The notes: generated from the letters alone by a model not told the origin. A stretch of 64,000 nt of DNA from Octopus sinensis (GCF_006345805.1 NC_043019.1:25667360-25731359), one strand, 5' to 3'. Shown: positions 43,316-56,882, numbered from the stretch's first letter. Program-made: numbers and translations.

Positions 43316-44371
43316 TTAGGTTGTTCTGAAAATAATGGCCGCTCTAAGCGTTGTGTTATAAAACGCAATTTTATCATAGTATTTTCGTTATATTTAAGGT
43401 GAATTTCAACATACTTAATAATTGTTGTATGCTCTTTGGTAATTTTTTACTTATTTCAGGCAGAAAACATTCTTCAAGCATAGGAACCCTTTATTATTAA
43501 CATGACAAAAGAAGGACCTTCGCTTACTTTTCTTGCATGAGCTCAAGCTTGGGCACAATGCCCCTCAAATTGCTGCCAATATCAACAGAACACTACAATG
43601 GTTTCTCGCAATCTGACGAAGATTGGTAAGGTGAAAAAGCTCGACAAATGGGCACCGCATGAGCTCAATGAAAGTCAAAACGTTCAGCGTCTTGAAGTGT
43701 GCTCGATGCTCTTTCTGCGAAACATCAATATTCGCTTGTGACTAAAAGTGGATTCTTTATGATAACCGTAAACGATCAGGTCAATGGCTTGATCGTGATG
43801 AGTCCCCCAAATATTTCCCAAAGCCATAGTTGCATCAGCCAAAGATCATGGTGACTGTCTGATGATGGTCTGTAATTGGTGGAGGCCAATCAGAGCATTT
43901 ACAGCCGAGGTTTACTGCAATCAACTTGCTGAAATACAGGCTCATTTGCAAAAAATGAGACCTGCATTGGTGAATCTACGTGGCCCAGTTCTGCTCCACG
44001 ATAATACAAAGCCACATGTTGCAAGAATGATGCTGCAGAAACTCACAGAGTTGGGATACGAGACTTTACCACATCCTCCATATTCCCCTGATCTTTCACC
44101 CACAGACTACCATTTTAAAATCATTTAAACACGTTTTTAGATGATAAAACTTTCAGGTCCAAACGAAAGCGGGAATCAGCTTTCAAAGATTTCTTAACAT
44201 CAAAGCCAATAAGTTTTTTATCAACGAGGCATAAATAACCGCGTTGATCGATGGCAGAGATGCATAGATGTTCATGGCTCATACTTTGACTAAAGAAAGC
44301 ATTTCTATTGTTAAATTTTCAAGAATGAAATAATGTTTCTGAAATCGGTTATTATTTTCAGAACAACCTAA
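43316..44371 (+). mobile_element. mariner (DD34D) element, internally deleted, with both TIRs and TA TSD
   Basis: TIR ttaggttgttctgaaaataat at both ends (28 bp, 3 mismatches) flanked by TA; KWAPHEL, CD*KW, HDNTKPH, HPPYSPDLSPTDYH motifs. TIR resembles Hsmar1 (cecropia subfamily). Confidence 0.95.
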
Positions 44372-45609
44372 TATTTGTTGTTGAGCCCTGGTCCCATAGA
44401 CCTAATATCAAATCTAATTTAATCGTAACCACTTCCGGTTTACATTCAGACATACTGTATCTTAGACTGTATTATCCGATGCTTCTCCCATTTCGAATTG
44501 GAGAATGGCGGCGATTTACCAGCATTTTATAGTTGGTAGTGATTCTTGATAGAAACACTCTTGTCTGTTTGAGAATTTGATATTAAGCAGAGAGACATCT
44601 AGGCAGCACGAGGAATTGATTTGGAGGAAATAATGAAATTACTGATAAAATATAATGAATTGGTGGGATATTGACAAATAGAATATGTTATAATGTTAGA
44701 ATATGATGAATTAATAAATGGAATATCGTGAATTGATAAAATATGATGAGTTGATATTAAGCGTTATGGCTGCCACCATTAAGGATAAAACCCAAATCTG
44801 AAGAGATTGTAAAGAAACTAGAACGAGAATAGTTGTGCTGAATGCAGTAGGTAAAATTAAGGTGTCTCTCCTCACCGTCACACGAGTGCAAATCTTTGGA
44901 ATGGGCAGCAGTGTTAGGCAAAATGGAGTAGTCCTTTTTGACAGAGAAATGGATAGTTAGAGTAACTGAGGTAGTCACAGTGACAAAGTAATGAAGAGAC
45001 GACTAACTATGAGTTATACGACGCCAAGTGTTATCTCTATATTTTTATCAGCAAATTCGGGAATTATTGACAAGCAAAACGGACGCTTGTATGAGATTTT
45101 CTGACAGATCATCTCGATGAATAATAACAGAAACCTCGCCATCTTGGCCTGTGTCTTTAATAGATATATCGAGTAACCCACAATGCTAGAGCGTCTATTG
45201 AAGCTATAGCTAGGATAGATGGAATAAAGTAGGACCCAGGTTCATAGAATTCTCGTGCAAATGGCCTAACAGTTTGCAATACTAAGTACAAGATACCGAC
45301 TGCTCATCTGATGATGTACGAATTTGGTGAAGACACAAAACAGATTGACTTCATAGACACCAAAATATAGAGACGGTTGTGAATATTATACCTCTTTCTG
45401 TTGCGCAATGTATCGTTCGACACAGACAAGTAATCCCGGACTTGTGACGGTGGATTAGGAACAGAATAAAGAAGAATAAGGAGAAATAAAATATGGCAGT
45501 AATGAATAGTATTTAGTGGATTGACAGATTATGATGGAGAGTGTACAGAATAATAGATAAGATATGAGGGATTGATGAAGGGAATATGGTAGATTAATGG
45601 GCAGACTGT

Positions 45610-45611
45610 AG

Positions 45612-45698
<87 letters not shown>

Positions 45699-45790
45699 GC
45701 AGACAGACAGGTAGGTAGATAGATAGATAAATAGATAGATAGACAGGTAGATATATATATATATATATATATATATGGAGAGAGAGAGAG

Positions 45791-45880
<90 letters not shown>
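45610..45880. repeat. (GATA)n compound microsatellite
   Basis: Directly visible. Confidence 0.95.
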
Positions 45881-46598
45881 AGTACCAATAGAAGTGTTAG
45901 ATACTGGATTATTTCGGTGATAGCTTTAGACGCTAATTTCTAGGAATAAGACATAAGTTCTTACAAAATTGGACAAAGAAATGCCTTAATGTACACGATA
46001 ACTCAGTAATAGAGAAGGAAAGGTCAATCTCAGAACAGCAGAGGTTAGACGATGAGGTTAGGGTAGGGCAAGAAAAACAAAAGGGTTGTATCATAATATG
46101 ACCTGTCACAAGATTTGGCGTGAAGCATTTAAAATGTTGCCAGATAACAGATTAACTTACAGCCATACATAATAAAAGTATAGATTTATTGTACACAATT
46201 TAATTGTAAATTTTTTTAACGGCAATTTTCAGAGGGTGATGATAGCAGGAGGAATTTATAGAGAAAAATTGTTAAAGGGGACGTTCAATGATAGGCTGAC
46301 AGGAAGCTAGTATATTGTAGTGCTGAAAGAATTGAAGTGTACACTGCGGAGTTGCGAGAAGGGAGAATGCATTGTAGGGTTACGAGGATGGTGTGTAGAT
46401 AGTAGGGCAGATCGAGGAAGCTGAATATCCTCGTTCCGTCCCTAAGCAGAGGACAAAATTTGGTATCAACACAGATGAAGTTCCTCCTCTCTAGAAAATT
46501 AGGGTCTTTATACACGAGAGAAAATAAATATAGACAGAATTAGTAGAGCACAGGAGACAATGTGCTGCTATATTTAATTAGGAATCTTTATCTTTATT

Positions 46599-46661
<63 letters not shown>

Positions 46662-46667
46662 TTTATT

Positions 46668-46699
<32 letters not shown>

Positions 46700-47032
46700 G
46701 AACGAACACCCATGTTTCCAAATGTGAATTATCCAAACCCCCAAAGAATTCCTCTCAACACATGGCTATAATGCTCTCCCACTACTTCTGCTCGTGTTCA
46801 GAGATGAACATATCGTCAGCCACTAAGGGATATGGTCAACTGGTTAAGGTCAAACAACTGACACGCAAATCTGTGGTATTGAGCAGAATATTTGCTGTTA
46901 ACCCATCTTTTATATCAACACAAAACAATATACATAACACTTCCAATCAGTTAAGATCAGAAGCCATGAGAGCCACTGTCTGGTACTACATTATTATTGT
47001 TGTTGATGTTGCTGCTGCTGTTGTTGTTGTTA

Positions 47033-47222
47033 AGGTGGCGAGCTGGCAGAATCGTTAGCACGCCGGGCGAAATGCTTTATCTTCCTGAGTTCAAATTCCG
47101 CCGAGGTTGACTTTACCTTTCATCCTTTCGGGGTCGATAAACTAAGTACTAGTTGAGCAATGGGATCGATGTAATCGACTGGCCCCCTCCCCACCAAACT
47201 TTCAGACCTGGTGCCTATATAA
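47033..47222 (+). mobile_element. SINE family B with internal deletion
   Basis: aaggtggcgagctggcagaatcgttagc...gagttcaaattccgccgagg... Confidence 0.88.
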
Positions 47223-47727
47223 GTTGTCAGGACGGTTTAAGTTGGGGTTTTGGCATCAATGTTCAGCGGGTTGGGGGCCAACATCATTGCTGCTTATAGC
47301 TAAATGAAACAGATGTTATTTAATTAAGTGTTTGAGTGTCGGAGTTCAAACCCTAGAGTTTCACCCTTAGGTGGTCGATGAAAACTCACCAGCCATATAT
47401 AATGAGAATTGATTCACTGCCAGACTTCGAAATAATTAATATTCCGTTAGGCTTGTTCTCATCGAGTTGTAGATAATCTGTGACGAAATTTAAGTCAGCC
47501 ACCGAACTTGCTCAGTGTGAAGTCATTATAGGTAACGGTGATAGGGAAGAAGAGGAGAGGAGTGGTGAGAGGGAGAGAGAGAAAGAGAGAGAGAGGTGGG
47601 ATGAATAGGCACATTGAGACCAGTGAAAAGAGGGTGGGGAGTTATTTGGGACATCGTGGGGCTGGAAAAAGAGGAAAGACAGAGACATGGAAAGTGGAGA
47701 CAGTAAGGGACAAATATATATATATAT

Positions 47728-47758
<31 letters not shown>

Positions 47759-47819
47759 ATATAAATAATATATGTGCATATATACATACATATATGTACA
47801 TACCTACATATATATGTAT

Positions 47820-47872
<53 letters not shown>

Positions 47873-47949
47873 TATATATATAATATATATATAAATTTAA
47901 TATGAGGATAATATCGATATTTAAGTATCAATTTTGTATCAGATAATTA

Positions 47950-48016
<67 letters not shown>

Positions 48017-48045
48017 ATATGTATGTATTTATATATATATGTATG

Positions 48046-48098
<53 letters not shown>

Positions 48099-48196
48099 TA
48101 AGTAAGTATGTATGTATGTATGAGTATGTATGTATGTATGTATGTATGTATGTATAGATAGATAGATAGATAGATAGATAGATGATAGATAGATAG

Positions 48197-48243
<47 letters not shown>

Positions 48244-48924
48244 TGTTTATGTATGTATATGTGTAAATATATGGAATAGAATTTGGGGCGAAAAGATGAG
48301 GTGGAAAGAAAGCGAGAAGGAAATGAAGAAGAGAGAATTAATTTCGTGAAGGGACACGGACACACACACACACACACCACACACATATATACATATACAT
48401 ACATACACACATACACACATATAAAGACTCGCGCGCACATATCGAGAACGAGAGAAACGGAGAAAGAAGGAGAGACAGAGCGGTAGAGAGTGAGAGAAAG
48501 AAGAAGAGAATGAGAGAGAAAGAAGAGGGAGAGGGAGAGGGAAAAAGAGGGATAGAGAAAGAATAGGAGAGAGAAATGAAATTAATGAAGTGTCTAAATA
48601 TTTCAAAATATTAATAAAGTGGAATTTTGCCAAATTATTTGTCTTTGCGGTAGTTCTTGTTTCATTAACGAGTTAGCTCTGTTTGATGAAATGGAGAGGT
48701 CAGAGGTGATGACGGTGTATACGCGCGCGCACGCTGACAGACACACACATACAGTCAAACACACACACACATCACTTCCAATTCCAAATATTTGCTCTTC
48801 ACTTTGATGACTGATCGAGCAAACCAGATCTTGGGTTGAACAACAGTAACCTTCCGCCCTACCTTGTCCTTTTTCTGTCCTACTCATTTGTATTCTGTCT
48901 CATCTCTCCCAATCATTATACCTT

Positions 48925-49120
48925 TCCAATATGTGGTCACTCAACCTGCCAGGTATAGTAGCAAACTCGCCCTCAAATTATACCCTACAGTCTGAAATAA
49001 ATTTTAAAAGAAACACATAAACACATTCGACAATGTGGGCTTAGAGATCCTCTTACCCATAAACAAGGCTTACCTGTCAGCATTGTTTAGCCCCTGTCAC
49101 GTTTGACTGGGGCTAAACAA
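48925..49120 (+). mobile_element. Interspersed repeat, family D (gtggtcactcaacctg...tagcagcaaa...ggggctaaacaa)
   Basis: Related motifs at about 23965-24000, 43075-43260 (minus), 54330-54400 and in the 51876-52608 units; probably a SINE central/3' domain. Confidence 0.55.
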
Positions 49121-49299
49121 TCACGCTCACACACCGTCTCCCTCTTGTCAAATATAACAATTAGCCCCAAGGGTATAAAGAAACCGCACGGGTATCTTTG
49201 GCCCTCACCTCGGCTACTGGCCCATCATTACAAACGCCTATACCTACTTTCATAGCTCACATTAATATCGTGCCAATGCGCCAGCGAGATTACCCCAAA

Positions 49300-49670
49300 A
49301 AGGAGTCACACCTGAGTCAAATAGGAGATAGAATTGAGTCAAACAGGGGCCACGGTTGAGTCAAAAAAGGATCACAACTGAGTCAAATAGCAGCCACAAT
49401 TTAATCAAATAGGGATCACAACTGAGTTAAATAGGGGCTACAACTGAGTCCTATAGGAGTCACAAATGAGACAAATAGGGGTCATAGTGAGTCACACAGG
49501 AGTCACAACTGAATAAATAGGGGCCACAATTGAGTCAAACAAGGGTCACGCCTGGCTCAAACAAAGGCCACAACTTAATCAAGTAGGGTCATAACAGTGT
49601 CAAATAGAGGCTACAACTGAGTCAAAAAGGGGCCATAGCTGAGTCAAATAGAACCCACTATTGAGTGGAA
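49300..49670. repeat. Degenerate 22-bp minisatellite (about 17 units, consensus near ctgagtcaaataggggccacaa)
   Basis: TGAGTCA at 49313, 49335, 49357, 49379, 49488, 49531, 49618 and 49640 shows a 21-22-bp period. Confidence 0.92.
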
Positions 49671-50419
49671 CACCACAAACAAATCAAATATAGTCACATG
49701 AGATCTTTATCAAGTAAAATTGGGGCAACTACGATGTGGATAGAAAGCCATTGTTATATCAAAGTGAGATGGTGCAGCTATCGCGTCAAACAGGGTCCCT
49801 GTCGAAGCAAAGAGACAGCCACTACTTACTAATAAACTCATATAAGGACCACTTTCTGCCAACATGGGACCATTTTACCGAGTCAATAAAGAACTTCTAC
49901 ACGGTCAATCAACCTGCTAGTAATAGAAACCAGCTCCCTCTACAATTACTCTCTACAGTTTTATTAATGCAGGTTATGTTGGATAATGTAGTTTTAGATA
50001 CAGCAAAATCAGTGCAATCTAAGGATGATCTGAGTCAGTAATTAATTAGCACGTTTCGGTAATTAGAGAGTATATACATGCTTCGTTGTAAAGGAAAATC
50101 TTATTATTTTGTGGCTGGACTCTTTATCAGAGTGTCATATCGATAACATTTGAATCTTATCTATATTTTTTTTCATAATAAATCATTTCATCGTTTCAAT
50201 TGTTTGAAAACTGAGGTTGACTAACAAGAGAAAAGAGGAAAAGGTAACGACTGGAAGGCTTTTCAAGAGTGGAATACTCGTGGGAAAGGCTAGAGGAGTA
50301 TCGAGAGAAAGAGAGAGAGAGAGGATTAGGTTGAGAGAGAGGGAGATAGAGAAGATTAGGGAGAGAGAAAGGAAGGAGATTAGAGTGAGAGGAGGGAAAT
50401 TAGAATGAGAGGAGGAAGA

Positions 50420-50424
50420 TTAGA

Positions 50425-50460
<36 letters not shown>

Positions 50461-50500
50461 TTGATAGATTGTCACTTTATCTATCTTTCAGGATAGATAG

Positions 50501-50582
<82 letters not shown>

Positions 50583-50598
50583 GCATACAGATAGATAG

Positions 50599-50660
<62 letters not shown>

Positions 50661-50782
50661 CTAATAGCTGAAAAAATGGGGATGGAGTAAATAACGACAT
50701 GAAAGATGAGAAGAGACAGGAAAAGCGAAAGTGAGAAAGAGAGATTAGTATTTACAAGCGAGAGAGAGAGAGAGAGAGAGAG

Positions 50783-50845
<63 letters not shown>

Positions 50846-50870
50846 GGAGAGAGAGAGAGAGAGAGAGAGA
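50420..50870. repeat. (GATA)/(GACA)/(GA) compound microsatellite
   Basis: Directly visible. Confidence 0.95.
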
Positions 50871-51167
50871 TGAAATAGCGAAAAATTATGACTGAAAATG
50901 TGCTTAAGTGAGAACATAAATGCGGGAAGAAAGGTGAGAGAAGGCAAATGTGATGAAAGTGACACGGAAAAGAAAAAGGATGATGACGATAAAAACAATG
51001 GCGTTGAAGAGGAGTAAAATAAGAGATAAAGGAGAATGGAAAGAAGGTGTGACGTTGCAAGAAGAATTCTATTCTGAGAGGTCACATAACACTAGCACAA
51101 CGCTTCGCCTGCCAACAGTACATACATACATACATACATACATACATACATACATACATACATACAT

Positions 51168-51202
<35 letters not shown>

Positions 51203-51261
51203 GTACAGTATGTATATATAGTATATATATGTATGTATATAGAGACGTACACACACACTCA

Positions 51262-51340
<79 letters not shown>

Positions 51341-51875
51341 TGTATGTATGTATGTATGTATCAGAGAGAAAGGAAGAGAGAGAGAGAGAGGCAGACGACC
51401 AGACAGATACATTGACTCAAAGAATGCGAATAAAGAATGAAAAAGAAAAAAGGAGGAGGAGGAATGGTATTGGAGTTGTCGTTGTTGTTGTCGGTGGGTG
51501 GTGGTTGTGGTGGTGGTGGTGGTGGTGGAAGTAGCGGTGACGACGGCGCGGCGCAAAGATGGCCGCTAAGAAAACAGTTGCGACGGTGAAGAGGGAAAGA
51601 ATGATGAGTTAAAACTGAAACGAGAGAATAACTGGGAGACGAGGGAGATTATCTTTCGTTTCTTTTCGAATCTTCATCACGTGATAGTTATATTTTTAAA
51701 AACATTTTTATTCAAAGATGGCATTTTCTATTCATCATTATGACATTTTTTTTTTCAAATTTAAACCTATTTTCATCAATTTTCTTCCTGCTTTCCATTA
51801 ACTTTTAATTTTTGTTTTTTTAATATTTCAATTGAAATGAATGCCATTTCAAAAACGGAAAAGAACAGATAAAAA

Positions 51876-52608
51876 TTTCAACAACTTATATTATGTTTTA
51901 TTGTGGATAATAGAGTCCATATGGAGACGGTGGGGGGTACATTTACTTGGTTAATCGATATATAAGAAATAGCAGTCAAATCTCTCCGAAAACTATACTT
52001 TACCATCTTATAAAGGAAGGACACACTGGGCAACATAAACATCATTATACAAAAATTATGGGATATTCATTGAGGGCGATTCAATCAGGTGAACTTGGGG
52101 TTAAGTAAATATTTGTTTCAACAACTTATATTATGTTTTATTGTGGATAATAGAGTCCATATGGAGACGGTGGGGGGTACATTTACTTGGTTAATCGATA
52201 TACAAGAAATAACAGTCAAATCTCTCCGAAAACTATATTTTACCATCTTATGAAGGAAGGACACACTGGGCAACATAAACATCATTATACAAAAATTATG
52301 GGATATTCATTGATGGAGCCCGTTTGATGATAGGGCGATTCAATCAGGTGGACCTGGGGTTAAGTAAATATTTGTTTCAACAACTTATATTATGTTTTAT
52401 TGTGGATAATAGAGTCCATATGGAGACGGTGGGGGGGGGTACATTTACTTGGTTAATCGATATACGAGAAATAGCAGTCAAATCTCTCTGAAAACTATAT
52501 TTTACCATCTTATAAAAGAAGGACCTACTGGGCAACATAAACATCATTCTACAAAAATGATGGGAAATCATTGAGGGGATTCAATCAGGTGGACTTAGGG
52601 TTAAGTAA
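51876..52608 (+). repeat. Three tandem copies of an about 240-bp unit derived from family D
   Basis: Units start at 51876, 52116 and 52375; copy 2 carries an extra 19 nt. Confidence 0.95.
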
Positions 52609-52639
52609 TCTTTTTTTTTTTATATACGCCTAAGGAGGG

Positions 52640-54130
52640 AAATTTGGGTTAGAGGGAGCAAGTTGATTACATGGATCCCAGTATTCGACTGGTACGTAAT
52701 TTAACAAGACTGAAAGGATGAAGGACAACAACGATGTCGGCGGAATTAGAACTCAGAACGTGAAGTGCCGGAAGAAATGTCGCAAAGCATTTTTGTTTGG
52801 CGTGATAAAAATTATACGAGTTCGGCACTTTTACATCATTAAATAACAGTTTCAAATTTTGGCACAAGGCCAGAAATTTTAGGGGAAGGAGTAAGTCTAT
52901 TACATCTATCCAGTTGTCCAACTGGTATCCCGAAAGGTTAAAAGGCAAAGTCGACCTCTGCGGTATTTGAACTTAGAACGTAAAGCATTTTGCTCGGCGT
53001 GTTAACTCATTCGGCCGGCTCGTACCTTAACATAGGGTTAAATAATTCTCTTTCTATTAAAGGCACAAGGTTGAAATTTTGGGATAGGTTACATCGACCA
53101 GTGCGCAACTGGTACTTATTTTATCGATCCTGAAAGGATTAAAAGCGAAGTCGGCCTCGACAGAACTTGAACTCAGAATATTATTTACGTTATTTATATT
53201 AGACGGATATGCTTCCTCATCTTGTTTGTTGTTACCACAACGTTTCGACTGGTGTCCTGGTGGAATTTTGAACCCAAACCTGCGTTCTCAATCCTAAAGT
53301 ACTTTTTGTGGTAGCAACAAACAAGATAAGGACTCATATCCGTCCAATATAAATAATGTAAATAACGTAAAGAATTCCTCATCTCTAAAAGATAGAACAA
53401 TATTGAAATCAGAATGGAAAGAGGGACGAGATACGGCTTAGGATTTTTCCCGGTATGCGAACGATTCTGCTACCTCGTTGCCTTAACATAGAATTAAATG
53501 ATGGCTTCATATTTTTCCACAAGAGCAGGAATTTGGGGGGAGGGAGTGAGTCTATTGCATCGATCCCAGTGTTCAATTGGTATTTATTTCAACGACCACG
53601 AAAGGAAGAAAGACAAAGTCTACCTCGGCGGAATTTGAACTCAGAACGTGAAGACAGACGAAATACCTATTTCTTTATTACCCACAAGGGGCTAAACACA
53701 GAGAGGACAGACAAGAACAGACAAAGGGATTAAGTCGATTATATCGACCGCAGTGCGTAACTGTTACTTATTTAATCGACCCCGAAAGGATGAAAGGCAA
53801 AGTCGACCTCGGCGGTATTTGAACTCAGAACGTAGCAGCAGACGAAATACCGTTAATCATTTTGCCCGACACGCTAACATTTCTGCCAGCTCGCCGATTT
53901 AACATAGAATGAAATAATCCTTCTACTAAAGGCACAGGGCCTGAAATTTCGGGTGAGTGGAAGGGGGGTAGTCGATTTCAACGACTTTATCGACCTCAAA
54001 AGGATGAAGAGCAAAGTCAACCTCGGCGGAATTTGATCTCAGAACATAAAGACGGACGAAATGCCGCTAAGCATTTCACCCGGCATGCTAACGATTCTGC
54101 CAGCTCGCCACCTTAACGTAGAATTGAATA
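52640..54130 (-). mobile_element. Head-to-tail array of about six SINE family B units
   Basis: Repeated reverse-complement B cores, four of them followed by the same ttaac(a/g)tag..t(t/g)aaat flank. Confidence 0.85.
53180..53415. mobile_element. Fold-back insertion (arms 53184-53240 and 53306-53371) inside a SINE B unit, likely PLE pseudo-LTR-derived
   Basis: About 57-bp inverted arms; ttgaa(c/a)tcagaat duplicated at 53167-53179 and 53403-53415; residual CGAAACGTT on the minus strand. Confidence 0.65.
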
Positions 54131-54985
54131 ATAGCAACAGGTACGACAACAGCACACACGAACAACAACAACAGCAACAACAACAATAGCGTCGTTCTTT
54201 AATCGCTCATTAAAAGATTATCTGTGGAAGATATAAGGCAAGCTGGTGATTAGCTCCTTAACGGCGTTGCTTCTCATTACGTTTTGAAGCGTCGCTTGAA
54301 AACGAGGATTTGGACGAACTCACGCATGCGCGCGCGCATCAAGAAGAGCTTCTACGAAGTCATTCGACATGCTAGAAAAAGCAGCCGAATCTTATCTAAA
54401 TAGCGTGAAGGGAGGGAGGATAATGCAGTTTAAAATAAATTATCTAAAATCACGAGATGGTCACGCGGAGAATTCTTGTGGATATATTTTTGCTTAATCA
54501 GAATTGACAAATGATAAATCAACAGCAGGAGCAGCAGCAACAACAACAGAAACATCACCATGACAATAGCATAACCTTAAACTTACTTTATGCTTTTTTT
54601 TTTTTTGTTGTTTTCGAAACGAAGGCATCCATTTTCCTAGTAATATCGGTACGAGAGAAAAAAATAAGCAACTTACCAGCAGCGTTGCACAAAGTCCAAA
54701 ACCTACAGTAAAAAAATAAATAGAATTTAATCGGCTTTATATAATAGAAGCAGACGGCTTTTCTCTGCCTAATTTAACGTAAAATATTTCTTCTTTGGAA
54801 GGAATTTGAACGTGAAAGTACAACGATGAAAAGAAAAGAATGAAATAAGCGTTGACAAAATTTTCTTAGAGTCATGTGAGGTGCGTTCAGAAAAAAAAAC
54901 GTATGTAAGAGTAAGATGCAGGGGTGGATAAAATAAAACCATTGCGAGTTCAAAGGATATCACAATTTTCCGTCAATATGTCATA

Positions 54986-55041
<56 letters not shown>

Positions 55042-55294
55042 ACGAAAGATGGTGATGCAAAAGACAGAAAAAAAAACAAAAAACAGAGATGGGTGAGGGT
55101 AAGACAAACAAAACAGGGTATATAAGTTTGGCGCTCGGAACAAGCTTTTGATGTTTCGAGCTGGCGCTCTTCTGCAGAAAGGAATGAGGAGAGAATACTG
55201 ATTGAGAGAGGAAGAAATAGAAAAGAAATAAACGTGTTTGAATAAATGGTTGTACACATACACACACACACACACATGCACACACACACACACA

Positions 55295-55393
<99 letters not shown>

Positions 55394-55397
55394 TATA

Positions 55398-55493
<96 letters not shown>

Positions 55494-55514
55494 GCACCTC
55501 ATATATATATATAT

Positions 55515-55800
55515 GACCGTGCATAGCCTAGTGATTAGGGCGTTGCATTCACGCTCTGGGGATTGTGATTTCAATTCCTAGACCGGGTAGTGTATTATGT
55601 TTTTGAGCAAAACGCTTCATCTCACGTTGCTTTGCGATCACTGCTACACTTGACGCGTGGTACACCGTGCACCTGTTCAAACAACGCCGATTTGATGGAG
55701 AGAATGAGCAAATATGCGGCACGAACATTTGATCACTACCATTTGTGAAGGCCGGTCGGCAAAAGCTGAACGCTCACACGTCGTCTTTGACGGGAGAGTC
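55515..55800 (+). mobile_element. tRNA-derived SINE related to family C
   Basis: gcatagcctagtgattaggg (A-box-like), gatttcaattcctagaccggg (B-box-like), ttgagcaaaacgcttcatctcacg. Confidence 0.65.
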
Positions 55801-56041
55801 CATCATATATGTTAATAGTTTGAATTAGTTTGAATTCTAATTAATAACGGACAAAAATTTCTCTTCGAACAATAGCATATTTATACACCCTGAAGTGATC
55901 GTACAAATGATGCATATATCGCTGCATATGAATATGCAAAAATATGCAATTAATGCGATCGAAACACGTGTCGGAAAATTATTATGAATTAACCAACTAT
56001 AAATAAACATAAAGTTTGAATGTTTGAATTCTTCATCCTCC

Positions 56042-56089
<48 letters not shown>

Positions 56090-56433
56090 ACTATGATTTT
56101 ACTCTCTAAGTAACAAAGGAATAAACTGTAACATCGGATGGTAGTTTTTTAGGAAATATTTTTTTTACTTTTAAATGGAATAAACCGGCCTTGGTACTTT
56201 GCACAGAGTAACACGTTATCTGCCTGTATATTTATACCCCACCTGTTAATATATACATATATATATATATATGCTTTTAGGACGAATGTTTTTTTCTTAG
56301 ACGGCGCCTTTTTCACAATCCCATAAATAATAATAATGGCATTTTTATAAGCTTATGGTGATCACCGTGCAATGGCTATGTAAGATAGTCTAAAGGGGTA
56401 TATAAGCCCTCGAGAGAAAGAAGAAGGCTTTCC

Positions 56434-56505
56434 TATCCGCGTAGGAGTCGAACCCACATCCCTTTGTTAACACGACTAAGTGTGTTACTTTTACACCAGC
56501 GAATC
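56434..56505 (-). pseudogene. tRNA-like sequence (tRNA pseudogene or SINE head)
   Basis: Acceptor GATTCGC/GCGGATA (6 of 7), D stem GTGT/ACAC, T arm GTGGG-TTCGACT-CCTAC; anticodon arm pairs poorly. Confidence 0.6.
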
Positions 56506-56829
56506 AGCCTCCCCATTTCTGTCAAATTTAAGAACTATAATAGTTCGTGTATATATATATATAGTTTTATTGAACTGCTAAGTAAGGGTTTGTGAAGTTT
56601 TTCAGCTTGTTGAATACATTATAATTTACTCCACCTTGGTCTTCGAGTACTATTTTCTAACCGTGCTTTGCACCGATATTCTCCCAGTCCAAAGTATGAC
56701 ATGATATATGTTAACTTAGGTTTTAAATATATAAATATATCAACCTTACGTATTTTGTCATCGATTGAAAGAATGAGGGAACAGTTTTAATCGATTTTCG
56801 ACTCTTCTTGAGGTTTCATCTGCGAAGTC

Positions 56830-56843
56830 TAACATCACGTGTA

Positions 56844-56882
<39 letters not shown>

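Noticed and set aside
44450-46540. Possible highly degraded LINE RT on the minus strand
   Set aside because: Only faint motif-like echoes; no continuous alignable peptide by eye.
49300-49670. CRISPR-like periodic array
   Set aside because: Eukaryotic context, 22-bp degenerate units with no unique spacers and no cas genes; it is a minisatellite.
51541-51570. GC-rich patch with YY1-like AAGATGGCCGC and a short ORF MAAKKTVATVKRERMMS*
   Set aside because: Too short, adjacent to simple repeats, and no splice donor or other promoter support.
51876-52608. Retrozyme interpretation of the 240-bp tandem units
   Set aside because: Unit size fits, but I found no hammerhead core on either strand.
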